Positions 46,761 through 59,106 of a DNA stretch of 64,000 nt are shown here, piece after piece. The notes under the pieces are model-generated. The model ran no database searches. It had not been told where the DNA came from and saw nothing but the letters and a program-made list of their open reading frames with translations. The stretch comes from Pseudogymnoascus verrucosus. Taxonomy: Eukaryota. Numbering within the stretch: the first letter of the stretch is position 1; every line of letters begins with the position of its first letter. The translations under genes were made by a program, and so were the position numbers. Location: assembly GCA_001662655.1 (NCBI GenBank), contig KV460214.1, one strand, 5' to 3'.

Positions 46761-49700
46761 GAGACATTTACTCTCTCTCCCCACCAAGTCGTACGCGTCT
46801 CTTATCCCCTCCCCCCCCAACCTGCCCCTCTCCAGGCACCTCACCCCAACACCTCCCACCTCATCTCATCCCACCTAAACTCATCTCATCTCAGCTCCCC
46901 TCTGTCACCACCGTAGTGTAGATCAGCGACATCCCTCAGGCGGGTCGACGACATCCCCTCTACAGCGCCGTGTCTCGGGATGGTGAGCACGTCATTGTGA
47001 TGCGCTGGTGCGGTATTTCTCTGTCTGTCATGGAGTGGAGTGAGAGGGAGTGGGATGTCAATGAAGCTTGTATGGTTATAGTGGGATGAGAGTGGGAGTG
47101 GGAGTGTTAGAAGTGGGAGTGTAGATGCTTGGTAAACCAGATGGTCTAGAGCTTAAGTGGTTGGGGGGATGATTAAGCAGATGATACCAGATAGTCACAT
47201 TTCCATTACCCCCATCAATCCCTCACACCTCTCTTTTCTCTTACCCTCCCTAATCCCCTCCTATCCTCCCTATCCCCTCCCTATCCACCACCATCAGATA
47301 AACTCATCCCTCATACACAAATATCCATAACCCTTACACCGACTCACGTGCCCCCTCACACGACCATCCCGCGCTGACCCTAAATCCCTTGAGAGTTCCA
47401 ACTGCAGCGCATGTCGTACATACATACGTACGTATGTGGGATACGGCGCGGGGGTTCATCCGTTACAACGGTACGCAAACGGCACGATACGATACGGTAC
47501 GGTGGACTCATCCACAACGCGGCGGCTACCGGCCGGCACGGCGCGCGCGTGTCGTATCGTATCGGTGCGAAGGCGTCATCGCGTGGGTTACCTGGCATAG
47601 CTAGACTTTGTTACAGTAGTTACAGCAGTAGTGGTACAGTAGTACAGTAGTAGGTTGAGATGGACTCCCCCACGTAAAACAGAACGGAGGGGGGTGTTCG
47701 TTGGCGGTGACGGTGTGGGGGAATATGTATCGAGCTTGATGAGGAAGATGGGGGGTAAACTAACACTCCCTCCCTCTCTGTGTAGAGATGAAATCTGCGA
47801 TGGAACTGTAGGGTATGCCTAGTGTAGCGTGGTAGAAGCATCAAGACGGTAAGGATGGATGTCGAAGAGGGTTTAGACTTTTATCGGTATTAGTTGTGTA
47901 TTCGATCGAATAGGCGTGCGAACGTCGATATTGCGAATTTATGAATTATCTCATTGGTCGGGCAACACTCCCCAGCGTGGGGGATTATTGTTAGTTGGGG
48001 GTATTAGTTGGGGTATTTCTCTCTCCCTTGCTATTATTGCCCTGCAGCACCGTCGTACCTCCCCCGCACGCCCACCATGACCGCCGCTGCTGCTGCTGCA
48101 CGACAGTAGGATCGCATCTGCTAGGGTGGTCATGGATCGGGGCGAACTGGACTGGGGAGGGGTGATGGGTGGGATCGGGGAGTGAGATGGACTAGGGAGG
48201 GGTGATGGATGGGGGTGTGAGATGGTGAGATGGAGTAGACGGGGGAGGGCACGTGTGCGTCTTTGTTGGCGGTGTTGGAGGAGGGTTCGTTAGATGGAGG
48301 GTTAGCTTGGGGGATGTGTATGGGATGGGGATGGGGGTGGTGAGAAGGAGACGGGAAGGGAAGGAGGATGTGTTTTGGGATGGGATGGGACGGACGTTTG
48401 AATGGGAGGTGGGAAGGGGGGTGAGAGTGATAGTAAGGCAGTGAGAGGGATAGTAAGGCAGAGGGGTGAGGCAGAGAGGGTGAGAGTGAGAGGGGAGGGA
48501 GGGACTTGGGATTTGCAGGTAGGTGGCTGTGGAGGGATGTACTCCTCTTCGCCACCATCACCAAACCTCCTTTCCACAGTCTCACTCTCATCCCCATAAT
48601 AGACGTGCAGTGCTGTGCTGTGACGAACACGCCCTGGTGGTGCTGAGATCGACGACAGGGAACGGAGCGAGGAGACGAGACGAGACGAGGCGGGACGAGA
48701 GGCTGCCGTGAGGCTGTAACGCGTGAGGCTGTCTTGTCTTGAGGATGGATCGAGGAGAGGGTGCAGATGAGGAGATGAGGAGATGAGGGGATGAGGAGAT
48801 GAGGAGGCAGGCACGTGCGTGTAGGTTGAATGCGGTCTGGTACTCTCCTCCTCATCGAGTACGTAGTGGCGGGTGGAGGAGGGTGGACGACTAGCAATAC
48901 TACTGTCACTGCGAGACAATCTGCGAGTCGGAGCACGTGTGCGTTTGGTGATGTGATGGGATGTGGGAGGGGGGATGGGGGATGGGAGGGGTGTGTGAGG
49001 GATGTACCTGCAGTATGATGGATGGGGGATACGTTTAGTTGTGAGAATTGGCAGGAGCGATAGAGGCAGGGAAAAGTGAAGGGGGTTAGTAGTGGTGGTG
49101 GTGCCTGATTGAGAGGTGGAGTCGATTGATTGTGGTGAGGGAGGTACTGCTGTACTGTTTACGCTGTTTACGCCCTTATACGCCCTTATAGCAGGCAGGT
49201 TGACCCGTGGTGGACTGAGACAGAGTGAGTGAGTGAGTGAGACAGAGAGGTGAAGATATTGACATCCTCCAACATGGTGTCCTATCCGTACGTACAATCG
49301 ATCCGTATTACAATCGATAGAACAGTAGACAAGCCAGACATCAGACAGACGACACCAGCCAGACAGACCAGACAGACCAGACACCAGGCATCAGACGGAC
49401 ACTCACTGCTGGCAAACCCACCCACCCCCACGATGAAGAAAACTTCAAGCGTGGGGGGGGAAACCAGCACAGAACAGCACGCACCACTGCACAGCACACC
49501 CTCTTTTCCCAATTTCGATACTGCATCCTCACACACCCATCTGTCGTTCCCTTCTCCCCCCCCAGCCTTCCCGCCCTCGATCCAGCACACCTCCTCCTTG
49601 GGACGGACCAATCAGCAGACAGCAGTGACACGATCCTTTTTTGACAGGGAAGGAAAAAAAAACAGGCACAGGGATTGCCCTGATCCCTGTCTACCTCTTC

Positions 49701-51953
49701 CCATTCTTAGTAGTTTTAGTTCAGCATGCTTAGTTTTAGCACAAACTGAGATGTGTAGGGATGGTTCAAGATGCGCAGGCATGCTTAGTTTTAGCACACT
49801 GTGACGAACAGGGTTTGTGTAAGGCTGTCAGGCAGGATTTCGTGATGGGGGATGGTAGTGTAAGCGGAGGGGGGTCTGGATGGATCTGTCGGATCCTCTG
49901 GAAGCGATGGGGGGACGGGGGGATGGACGGCAGTGACGGCCAGGTGGGCAGGGGTGGGGGGGAAGGGTTAGAGAGGCTTCTGGTGTGAGTTTTGGGGTGG
50001 GCTAGGAGGTGATGAGGTGGATGTGGATGTGGATGCTGATGCTGATGCTAGAGTGGGAAATTGATCCTTGATGGGGGGAGTGAAGAGAGGTGAGGATGCA
50101 TGAGAGAGGGAGAGGCAGGGCAGGGCAGGGTCTGGTGGGTGGAGGAGAGTGAGGGCGGGTGTCTCGGTTGTCCCGTCTGTTAAGTCTGTCTGTGTCGTCT
50201 GCCCTGGAGAGAGAAAAGAGAGGAGGAGGAGGGTGAGGAGTGAGGAGTGAGGACAGTGGTGAGTACGAGTACGAATATGAGTACTTACTTTGATATGATA
50301 TACTCTGCTATAATGGAAGTACTACTAGAGAAGAGAGTGCACACTTCTACTCAAGAAACACTACTCTACCCTGCATCACAGTCCACGCTGGCCCAGTCTA
50401 TCCATCTCCCTGCCTGCCAGTCTGCCCGTCTTACTGCTCCTTCCAAAACTACTACAATCCCCTTCTTCTCTACATCCTCCACCATATGGCATTGTACTAT
50501 TTCCCATGTACTTCCCAATCCCCTCCCAATCCCATCCACGGCTCTCCCCGTCCGTACTCCCGCCCACCCTACCTACTCTACCGTACTCTATCGTACCGTT
50601 CCCTCGCCTGTCTGCCTCTCTACCGCTCTGTCGCTCTACCGCTCTACCGCTTCCCCCCGTCCCTTCCCCCCCGTCACCCGTCGTCGAACCCCACCCATCC
50701 ACCCACCACCCACTACCCACTCTTCTTCGCTATCCAGCATCCTTCAACCACCCTAAACCACCCTAATCACCCTAACCGCCTTCTACCACCATCAACAACC
50801 TCATCCACCCACCACCACCACCCTCAAACATCCTTCACCATCACCATCACCACCCACCACCACCACCCTGCCCTTCTTCTTCATCCATCCTCCCTCCCTC
50901 ACCCCCCCCGTCCCCTCCCTCCTCCCCACCCACACCCCCCCCCGTCGTCCCCCAATCTCCAATCCCACCCACTACCACCACCATACATACATACCCCCAC
51001 CCCCCACGGACAAGGATAAATCCGTACCGATCGAGTGGGATGCGCCACAAGGGTACGCTACGGGATTGTCGTACCCTCGCCAACCCTCTTCGAGTGAGAG
51101 TGAGTGACCTTCTCTTCCCGATCGATTGCACGCTACATCCCCCCCCCCCCAACACCCACCACCACCACACACCTCAATCTCTACAGTACAGTAACCTCCC
51201 CCCCAACACCGCCATCACCCACCCACCCCACTCCCCAACTCCCTGTTTCACACCGGATTCCAACTCCACCACCATTACCACTGCCCCTCGTACCCTCCCT
51301 CTCTCCCCTGCCGCCCAGATCCCCACCCGGTGCCGCCGATCCCCCCATCCCACACCCTGGTCCCTTCATCCTCCTCCAAAACCACCCACGGGGCTCGATC
51401 GAGACGAACTACCCTACGAACCGACGACGTGCGTGGGATGTCTGCTTGTTGTCTGTCAGGGCCAGAGGAGGCATATATACCCCTTGTGTCTCCATCTACC
51501 CCCCCCCTCTCCTCTTCCTTCTCCTCTTCCTTCTCTCTTTCTCTTATTCCTATTCTTCGATATGTCCGCTTCTGTCGTCGTCGTCGGAACTGTTGTGTTG
51601 TTTAAGAAGGGTATTACGAGTGTGAGACGGTTACCTCCTTGATTTTTTTAAAGTCGTGCTTGCTTTGTGCTATTACCTGCCTGTCTTGTCTATCAACCCG
51701 ATCAACCCAATCAACGACCAGCCAGTCCATCGTTCTCACTTTTCTCACCTCACCTCACCACCACCTGTATCTTGTCCAACCAACCACCAACCTCCCACGA
51801 CACAACCACCAAACCGCAACCCTGGCTCTCACATCCCCCCTCCCCCCCTCCACCTGGGGCAGTACCACCACCACCAGCAGCTCCAACAGCACCACCAGCG
51901 CCGGCAACACAAGCAGCACCAGCAGCTGGTCCACTGCCGCACAACCCTACACA

Positions 51954-53700
51954 ATGGACCTCCACGGCCTCCTCCAATCTCGCCCTCACCACCACCACGC
52001 ACACGCCCACCACCAGGGACAGGGACAAGCATACGACCAGCGTCTTCCCGCGGCGCAACCATACACCTCCCCCCCCATCTCCTACGCTTCGAGTTCGTAT
52101 ATCGGTATTGCGCACCACCACAATCACCAGCACCACCAGGGGCAGGGCCAGCAGCAGCAGGGACAGGGAGGGATCTACGATTTCCCATTCTCTCACCCGC
52201 AGCAACAGCAGCAGCAGGAGCAGACGACTTACCTGAGGCGCCAGGGGTATCAGAATCAGATGCCTACTTCTGCCCCGCAGCAGCAGAGTAGTTACCCCCA
52301 CCAGCAACAGCAGCAACCGCAGCAGCAGCTTCCGCGCAGCTATCAGAGTGGAAACGCTCAGTCAATGTATGGGAAGACGACTGCGATTGCACCAGCTGCC
52401 GAGGGATGGGGAAAACAGCACCAACACCAGCAACAAGGGCAGTATCAGCAAACCCAGATGCAGACCCAGGAGGTGGCGCAGAGTACGGATGTTGATGCGC
52501 TCATGCGTGCTATCCAAGCTAAACCCGCTGGTGGTGACAACAGCAACAGCGACGCGGTAGCGGCTGGCGAGAGGACAAGGGATACCAGCGCGGAGAGGGA
52601 GAATGCCGCCAGGGGACGAGGTGTAAATGGGGTGAATGGAGGTGTGAATGGGAGTGGAAATGGTGGTGGAGAGGATCCGAAGAAGCGGTATGAATGCCAT
52701 ATTGGGGAGTGTAGGAAGGCGTTTTTTCAGAAGACGCATTTGGAGATTCATATTAGGGCGCATACGGGGGCGAAGCCATATGTACGTTTCTTCTCCTTTC
52801 CCGTTTTCCCTTCCCCTTTTCCCCCTCTCCCCCCTCTACCCCAGCCTCGCACCACGAAACATCACCAGCAGCCAGCAACAGACAGAAGAAGAAAATAGAC
52901 CGATGCTAACGAACTCACAGACATGCACCTACCCAACCTGCACCCACGCCTTCTCCCAACTCGGCAACCTCAAAACGCACCTCCGCCGGCACACCGGCGA
53001 GCGCCCCTTCGCCTGCCCCACCTGCGGCAAGACCTTCGCGCAGCGCGGAAACGTGCGAGCTCACGCTGCTGTCCACGACGCGGGCGGGGCGGCGAAGAAG
53101 TTTGTCTGTCGACTGGATGGGTGCGGGAAGTGCTTTACGCAGTTGGGGAACCTGAAGAGTCATATGAATAAATTCCATGTTGAGACGCTGAGGGGGTTGA
53201 CGGTGAGGTTTGGGGAGAGTGAGGCGGCTGGTGGTGGTGGTGGTGGTGGGAAAGGGGGGGAGGGGAAGGAGGGGGAGGAGGATGAGTTGTTGGAGTATTT
53301 TCGGAGTTTGTATCGGAATGCGAATAAGGGGATTAAAGGACGCGGCAAGGGACGGAAAGTCGCCTCTACCACACCCAGCAGCTCCACTCCGCCATCGCTA
53401 AGCTCCTCGACTTCCTCGCTCTCTTCTCTCGCTTCGCTGCCTCTCTCTCCGCCCGCATCCACAGGCTCATACATCAGCGGTATCCCCGCACACTACGGGA
53501 TGGGAGGCATGGGCAGCGGACTTGCCGGGATGGGCGGCATGGGAATGCCCGTGGGAATGGGGGGGATGGAGGAACTCTTCGACGGGAGCAGTTCCGGCAT
53601 CGGCTCTCCCTGCGCTAGTAGTCTGGGGAGTCTGTATGAAGTCGGCCCTTATGAAGAGGAGGAGGGGGGGGAGTTGGCGTTTGGGGATCGGATGTATTGA
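51954..53700 (+). CDS. AZF1: C2H2 zinc-finger transcription factor, Azf1 orthologue (intron 52782-52920)
   Basis: Q/H-rich N-terminus, [12 protein letters not shown], four C2H2 fingers ([62 protein letters not shown]) and the Azf1 hallmark [21 protein letters not shown]. Confidence 0.9.
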
Positions 53701-54299
53701 GGGTCGTGATGGGTGGGATTTTTTTTTTAATATATGGGTACACAGTACAGTACACTGTCACATATGGTTGGGGGGGGGAGGGAGAGGGGGTTTCTTTGGT
53801 TCGGTCTACTTGGAATTGGGTCGGTTGGTGGTTGGGCTTTGGTGGGGGGGTTGGGCGGTAGGGGGGATGTCCTCACGGACGGGGATGAGATGATTTTCTT
53901 GTGCATATGTTATACCCCTTTTTTTGACGAGTCTACTTTTTGTTTATAGATGCGTTTTTGCTTTGGCTTTGATTTGTAGCGTTGGAATTTAGCTGTGTGT
54001 ACATATACATATATATATAGAACGTGTATTTGTTTATATCCTCGTCGTGTCTATTCATGCCTATGTCTATGTGATAGTATCCAGTGTCGTCTCCGCAAAC
54101 GAGTTTCTGAAGTCCAGTACCACGTGGTATACACCAACGATCATATCGTTTTGCCACCGCGCCGCGCCGCGCCAGGCACCCCAAGTGTCTCCATCATTCC
54201 TCTCTCCCCCCCATCGCTCTGTGCGCTGTTCTCGTCACCCATCTGACGAAAACTAGGATCCCCCACGCCCCGTAGTAGTGGTGGTGTTGAGGGGTTGTT

Positions 54300-55146
54300 T
54301 CAGCCGCCGTGAAGGGTGCTCACGAACAAAATATTATCCCCCGGCTGCACCAGATACGCCTCCCCCCCCTCGAGTTCCCAATCAGCGTCGTTTATTAGGA
54401 CGAGGATCCCTGGGCGTCTGCGTGTGATATTAGTCTCTCCTTCTCCCCAAGAGGTTTTGCGAGAAGATATATGAAGCAGGGTAGTGAGTGGTGAGGTGAG
54501 GTGAGGTGAAGAGGGAGAAGAGGGGGGAGATGACAACAAGGGATTGTAATGGAGGAAGAGAAGATGAGCTCTATATCTCCTCCTCTAACTCCGCCTCTAC
54601 CCCCCTCGTCTTCACGAGGGCCATCAACTACCCCTAACCCCCCTGCTCCTAAGAAAAAGGAAAGAGGAACTTACACTCCTTCCCCCTGGACGAACATCTC
54701 GCCCCCATCACCACCCATCATCTCCTTCGCCACCCAGCGCACAAGACCCGCTACATCCGTTGATCTCCCCTCTAGCGTTGAGGGGATAGAAACTTTATGC
54801 ATCCTCTTCGACGAAGTTAGAGATTCGAGACCACCGCTTTTGTGTTTTCGTTAGCCTTTTTATTCCGTAGTGTTGGAAACGGGGAGAAGAGGGGGTTGAA
54901 AGCAGTGGGAGGAGGGGAAAGAGGAAGAGAGCCGTTGTGGGAAAAGAAAGATAAGGTAAGAGACAGCAAAATAGGGAGGGATAGAGGGAAAGAAAGGAGG
55001 GGCTAAAGGGAGAGAGAGAGGATGGAGTAGGAGACAGGCATGAGATGGGGGAGGAAAAAAAAAAAAGGAGGTTAAAAGAATAGAAGAACTCACGTGAACT
55101 CAAGCACAACATCCATCAACCCGCCATTCGTCTCTGTCGTCGCCAT
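54300..55146 (-). CDS. URM1: Ubiquitin-related modifier 1 (3 exons)
   Basis: [22 protein letters not shown]...[26 protein letters not shown]...FVSTLHGG*. Confidence 0.95.
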
Positions 55147-57611
55147 ATCTTCCCTCTTCTTAATCTTTTATCCAACACCTCCAAAACCGACACTGCAGAT
55201 AATAGCAAGCACGTGACAGTTCCCTATCAAAAAATGTACTCTGTGGGTGGAGGTATGCGTTCGTGTGGTTAGTTGTAGGTATAGAAGAGGGCGATTTGCA
55301 CCCCACTACGACGACAGGGCCGGCGAGGTGGGGTTGGTGTATCACGTGACATGTTTTGATGGGAGTGGGATTTTTTGATAAGGAAGTTTTATTTAGGGAT
55401 TAAATCGGTAGGATAATGGAGGGAGGGGCCTGAGAGAGGGGTGGAAGTAGATACTTGGAAAGGCATTCATGGTTTATATTCAATTTTCACGGTTTAGCAT
55501 GTGGTGGAATGGGAGATGGTGAAAACAAATCCATTCCCCTCTATCCCTCCCCCCCCCCTCCCAACCCCCCTTTCCCGATCCAAGTGCTGAAGCAGAAAGG
55601 GTAGGTTACCCTACCACCCAGCCTACCTCCTCACTTCTTACTAATAGCCGCCCTCCCTCCACATAACCATCCCATCAGCCCAGCCAGCGGACTCAAAAGA
55701 CGGTAGATAGACACACCTACCTCACAAATATCATCACATCAAAGCAAACTCCTCATCATAGCACAGCACAAATCACAACAAAACTCCCGCATCAACGAAA
55801 CCCCAAGAGCACTCAAGACACTCAAGACACTCAAGAGACCAATAGAGAGAGAAAAACACAGTCTTTTACCCCATCATCACGCCCTAATAAAAAAAAACGA
55901 CTTCAGGACAATGCACCCAGCTAACCCTACCCCCCTAGCCTAATTCATCCATCCCATACCCATCCTGCCCATCGCAGTCCCTCCTAACATTTATCCCCCC
56001 CAATCCGCATCAAAAGCATCTAAACAGCACCACCGATCTTCATTTCCCCAGTTCAAATTTCACTAACCACACAACACTCCCATTCGCCAATCTCAACTTC
56101 CCCATCCCCATACCCATACCCATCCCATCCCACCATCTCCCACTCCCATTCCCATAGCACAACGGCCCATAACCATCCACCCCTCCCACCATAAAACAAG
56201 TAAAGTAATAGACGAAGAAGAAAAAAAAGTACGTCAAAAACACCCAGACCGAGTCCCGCACGCAAACGCAACGTATTCGTTAGCCAGGTATTCCCAGACC
56301 CCCCCCAATCGCAAAGGATGCGCCCTAAGCGCCAAGTTGAGCAAAACGAATGTAACGATAGAGCCACATCAACCAGCCAGGTAGCAATTGACGACCAATG
56401 GCGACAATGGGCGACAACCTTGAAAAACATGGACGGCGAGTGAGACAAAAGGTCGAATCACAGACGAGAAGAGCACATGACCACCGCTCTTCCAAGGTCT
56501 GATTTGGCGTCGTCCCGGAGCGATATTACTTTTTGGCTTTAGGACTTTAAGAAAGAGAAGAAAATCAAGTGCGTTGCGTTGTTTAATTCGTAATTCCGGC
56601 ATCGTTTTGAAGCGAGCGAGTGAGGGGGGGTATGCGTGCATAAGCGGCGTTAATCGAGAAGTGCGTAAGCGTTTATTGCGTTGCGAATTGTCATGTCTCC
56701 CACTCCGAGGATCCGAGAGGGGATACCAGCAGTCTGATTGGCATTATGTGCGAGAGAGTTGCGAGAACGCCGTTATCGTTTGTTGCCGTACAAGAAGAAG
56801 AAGAAAGAAAAATCATAAAATGGAGAAGAAGAAAAAGCTAAGCTGAGCTTTGCGCGGTCCGAGGGGTCATGTTATGCGGGATCAAAAACAAAAATAGTTG
56901 TCTAACAAAAAAAGCGCTTTGAAGAAATAAAGAGGGGAGGCCGAGGCGGACGCGGGGTGCCATGTGCACGACGAGGGGACGAAGGGGGGTAGGACGATGA
57001 GACGAGACGAGACGACTGGGGCGGTTGCGAGAGAGCGAGAGTGAGTTGAATGCGATGATGTTATTTCCATTTCCTGCATGATTCGGGAATCTCGAGAATT
57101 GATAGAATTGCCAGCCAAGTTCCCCAATTGGAACGACCCATTCCCAAACACCCCCCGAACCAAAGGTCCATCCGCGGCGACGCAAGAGCGAGCCCCCAAA
57201 AGAACCCAAGCAAGCGCCCATTCATTCATTCATTCTCGATTCATAAATTTTTTGTCCATAACCCGCGCCACACGCCAACCACAACCACCATCAAATCAAG
57301 TTCTCTAGATCCAGATCCAGATTTTTGTTCACAGGCTATTTCTTCTCTCTTCCCTCGCATCTCAGGTGCCGCAGCCCTCTCTCCCCACCAAAAGCTGCGC
57401 CGCCTCTCTCCCAAAAGGTATTTGTGCGTGTTGTCCATCGATCGAAAGGGGTGGGTTGGGGGGTAGCCGACGTTTTTATATTGATTTCAATGCTCCGGGG
57501 TGGTAGTTTAATTGTCGTTATTGTTGATTTGTGGAGTGGAGAGGAGAGGAGGCGACATGGACGCGGGCGAAGGCGTGATTTTCATAAACGTCGTTTCTGA
57601 GGCGCGGGCCT

Positions 57612-59106
57612 TCAGTCGAGGCGGGCCATCATCTCCTCTTTCGGCATGGGCGTGAGGTGGTCGATGTCGAGGCCCTTGGCGGCGAGCACGGAGCGCACGT
57701 GGGCCGGGACGAGGCGGTGGTTGAGGTGTGGGGCGATGGAGAGTTCTGGGGGAGGGGGGTTAGCAAATGCCTATAAAAGGTGGTTAACTATAAGACATAC
57801 CATGACGGGAGAAGTCGAAGAGGACGGGCATCTCCTTGATCGGGCCGTTGGGGTGGCGCGAGTCGGGGAGACGCGTGGTAGGGTCGCGTAGCTCGTCGAA
57901 GAATGGGTGCACCATGGCGTCGACGGATGACAGACGCTCGGTGGGTGTGTACTCGAGCAGGCGCGAGATGAGGTCGATGGCATTGGCGTCAGCCTTGCGG
58001 AACACCTTGTTGAATGGGTGTGGCTTGATCTGCGGGAACTTGTGCTCCATGTAGTTGGGGTTCATGGTGCGGATCTGGTCGCGGGTCGGTGTGCCCAGCA
58101 CCTTGATAATCTCGACGAGCTGGTCAATACCCGACTCGCCAGGGAACAGGGGCTGGCCCAGCATGAGCTCGGCCATCACGCAGCCAGTAGACCACACATC
58201 TATATATAACGTTAGCCTGATCTCACAAAAACGTCAAAAAGTATATTATGTGGGGTATTGCTTACCAATCTTGGTCGTGTAATTCGTCGCTCCAAAGATC
58301 AGTTCCGGCGCCCTGTAGTACCGCGAGCAGATGTACGAGACGTTTGGCTCGTTCTCAACCAATATCTTGGCGCTACCGAAATCGCAGAGCTTCAACACGC
58401 CGGTGCTGGGGTCCAGCAGCAGATTTTGTGGCTTGATATCGCGATGGCAGATTCCCTGGGAGTGGATGTACGCCAGGGCGCGGAACAGCTGGTAGGTGTA
58501 GAGCTTGACCTCGAGGATAGGCATGGTCGTCTTCATCTTGTTGAAGTACCTCGACGCGCGGTAGACAGTCTCCGGGACGAACTCCTGCACCAGGTTGAGG
58601 TAGACCTCATCTTTCTGCGAGGGGAGGGGGTCAGCAAGGCAGAAACAGCGAAAATAAATCATGGGTGAGCTCTTACCCTCTCGCCGTTTGAGTAGTAGAA
58701 GGCCTTCAGCTCTACGATATTCGGGTGTCGGACAATGCGCATAATCTGCAGTTCACGGTTCTACACAACACAGTTAGCTCACTTGCCCGCAGTAAAGCAG
58801 CTGAATATGCATGCCTTGAAGCGCTTGTCTTGCAAAACCCTCTTGATGGCGGCGTCCTCACCCGAGGGTGACAGCTTGGTCTGGAAGACGACACCGAAGG
58901 AACCATTGCCGACAATCTTGCATTGTGTGTACTGCATATCCCTCGTCTCGCCCGTAACGCCGTCCTGGACCTTTTCGCGAATAACCTCTGCAAGATAAGT
59001 GTTAGTGGTGGGGGCTCGACAGGAATCTAGCTATGTAGAGAGATGACGTTGTGATCTTACCTCCCATCCTCAGGCTCGAGAAGGCGGCGGGCCGATTTTG
59101 CGACAT
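57612..59106 (-). CDS. gsk3: Glycogen synthase kinase-3 (6 exons; one GC-AG intron)
   Basis: [92 protein letters not shown]..last exon ELSIAP...MMARLD*. Confidence 0.96.

Noticed and set aside
50750..50780. Telomeric-like CCCTAA triplet / telomerase RNA template
   Set aside because: Interrupted units within C-rich DNA; no TAACCCTAA template context.
48130..51642. Long ORFs of 170-360 aa (e.g. 48302-49384, 48130-48936, 51040-51642)
   Set aside because: P/S/H/T-rich translations of C-rich low-complexity DNA, open in several overlapping frames, with no domain motifs.
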